From assembly GCA_963422645.2 (NCBI GenBank), contig CAXXVO010000022.1, positions 1 to 32,797 on the forward strand: a stretch of DNA of 32,797 nt. Reading direction: 5' to 3'. Both the position numbers and the translations under genes were made by a program. Below, in pieces: positions 31,397 through 32,797 of the stretch; the first letter of the stretch is position 1, and every line of letters starts with the position of its first letter. The notes under the pieces were generated by a model that ran no database searches, was not told the origin of the DNA, and saw nothing but the letters and a program-made list of their open reading frames with translations. The stretch is from Alphaproteobacteria bacterium. GTDB lineage: Bacteria > Pseudomonadota > Alphaproteobacteria > UBA828.

Positions 31397-32797
31397 GTGG
31401 CTGGGAAGACCTCATACCGCCCCGTCGTCCTTTGCGTGCTGGACGGATGGGGGCATCGGGCCGAGACCGAGTACAACGCCATCGCGCTCGCCGAGACGCC
31501 GGTGTGGGACCGTCTCACCGCCGCGCGCGCTTACGGCCTGCTCGCCACGGCCGGTGCCGCCGTCGGCCTGCCCGAAGGCCAGATGGGCAACTCCGAGGTC
31601 GGCCACATGACCATCGGCGCGGGTCGGGTAATCCCACAGGACCTGCCCCGCATCGACGACGCCGTGGCGGACGGCTCGCTCGCGCGCAACCCCGCCCTCC
31701 TCTCGCTCATCCGACGGCTGCAGGAGAGCGGCGGCCGCTGCCACCTGATGGGGCTGGTCTCGCCGGGCGGCGTCCATTCGCACCGGGATCACGTCGCAGC
31801 GCTCGCGCGGATCGTGAGCGGCGCGGGCCTGCCTGTGGCGATCCACGCCTTTCTCGACGGCCGCGATGTGCCGCCGCGCTCGGCCATCGACGACCTGCCC
31901 ACGTTTGAGGCGGCTCTTGGCGACCTTCCGAATGTCCGGATCGCGACGGTCGCCGGCCGCTACTATGCCATGGATCGGGACCGGCGCTGGGAGCGGACCG
32001 CGCGGGCCTACGACGCGGTGGTCTCCGGAGAAGGCCGACCAGCGACGAGCGCAATCGAAGTCGTGCGCGCGAGCTATGCGGAGGACATCGGCGACGAGTT
32101 CGTCGCGCCCGCGGTGATCGCCGGTTGCGAGGGAATGGCCGACGGCGACGGGCTGATCATGGCCAACTTCCGCGCCGACCGCGCACGCCAGATCATGACG
32201 GCGCTGCTCGACCCGGCCTTCGACGGCTTCGCGCGCACGCGCCAGGCAAGCTTTGCCGCAGCCTGCGGCATGTGCAGCTACTCAGAGAGCCTGGATCGCC
32301 TGGCCGGCACACTCTTCCCGCCCCTCGCGGTGACGGACCACCTGGGCGAGATCGTCTCGCGCGCCGGGCTGCGGCAGCTACGCGTCGCCGAGACGGAGAA
32401 GCACGCCCACGTCACCTTCTTCCTCAACGGCGGCGAGGAGAAGGAGATGCCGGGGGAGGAACGGGTGCTCGTGGCCTCGCCCAAGGTCGCGACCTACGAC
32501 CTGCAGCCCGAGATGTCGGCGGCGACGGTCACCGACCGCGTGGTGGAGGCGATCGCAGGCGGCCGCTTCGACCTGATCGTGGTGAACTACGCCAACACCG
32601 ACATGGTAGGTCACAGCGGCAACCTGGATGCAGCGATGGCGGCGGTCGCGGCGGTGGACCGGTGCCTGGACCGGCTCGCCGGGGCCGTGGAGGAATCGGG
32701 CGGCGCGTTGCTGATCACCGCCGATCACGGCAACGCCGAGCGGATGCGGGGCGCTGACGGCACGACCCCCCACACGGCCCACACCGACGGTCCCGTC
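31397..32797 (+). CDS. gpmI: 2,3-bisphosphoglycerate-independent phosphoglycerate mutase, runs off the right edge
   Basis: Manual translation: RPVVLCVLDGWG, GQMGNSEVGH, GRYYAMDRD, AETEKHAHVTFF, DMVGHSG, TADHGNAE, HTAHT. Confidence 0.96.
   Translation, partial: MAGKTSYRPVVLCVLDGWGHRAETEYNAIALAETPVWDRLTAARAYGLLATAGAAVGLPEGQMGNSEVGHMTIGAGRVIPQDLPRIDDAVADGSLARNPALLSLIRRLQESGGRCHLMGLVSPGGVHSHRDHVAALARIVSGAGLPVAIHAFLDGRDVPPRSAIDDLPTFEAALGDLPNVRIATVAGRYYAMDRDRRWERTARAYDAVVSGEGRPATSAIEVVRASYAEDIGDEFVAPAVIAGCEGMADGDGLIMANFRADRARQIMTALLDPAFDGFARTRQASFAAACGMCSYSESLDRLAGTLFPPLAVTDHLGEIVSRAGLRQLRVAETEKHAHVTFFLNGGEEKEMPGEERVLVASPKVATYDLQPEMSAATVTDRVVEAIAGGRFDLIVVNYANTDMVGHSGNLDAAMAAVAAVDRCLDRLAGAVEESGGALLITADHGNAERMRGADGTTPHTAHTDGPV

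Overview
GC-rich bacterial chromosome segment, probably alphaproteobacterial (inferred from the gene set and repeat types). Bases 1-19.6 kb are mostly metabolic and housekeeping genes: the start of an HD-domain dNTPase-like gene at the left edge, a Gfo/Idh/MocA oxidoreductase, a non-canonical Asp/Glu/hydantoin racemase, a tandem-duplicated SDR pair, an NADP-dependent reductase, an Ldh2-family enzyme, hemF, coaBC, dut, cysK, moeB, an AIR-synthase-family gene, a class III aminotransferase, a Rieske protein, acs, an oxalate-CoA-ligase-like enzyme and panE-like reductase. Palindromic intergenic repeats are scattered among them. From about 19.6 to 31.1 kb lies a rearranged accessory region: an AT-rich PIN-like gene, an IS66 element carrying a DNA adenine methyltransferase translationally coupled to its transposase (the most notable finding), a tandem-SH3-like/SprT protease gene, an SDR truncated by IS21, a truncated ABC permease, and a Tat-exported ABC binding protein interrupted by a second IS66 with a perfect 8-bp target duplication. 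gpmI runs off the right edge. All product calls come from motif recognition, not database searches.
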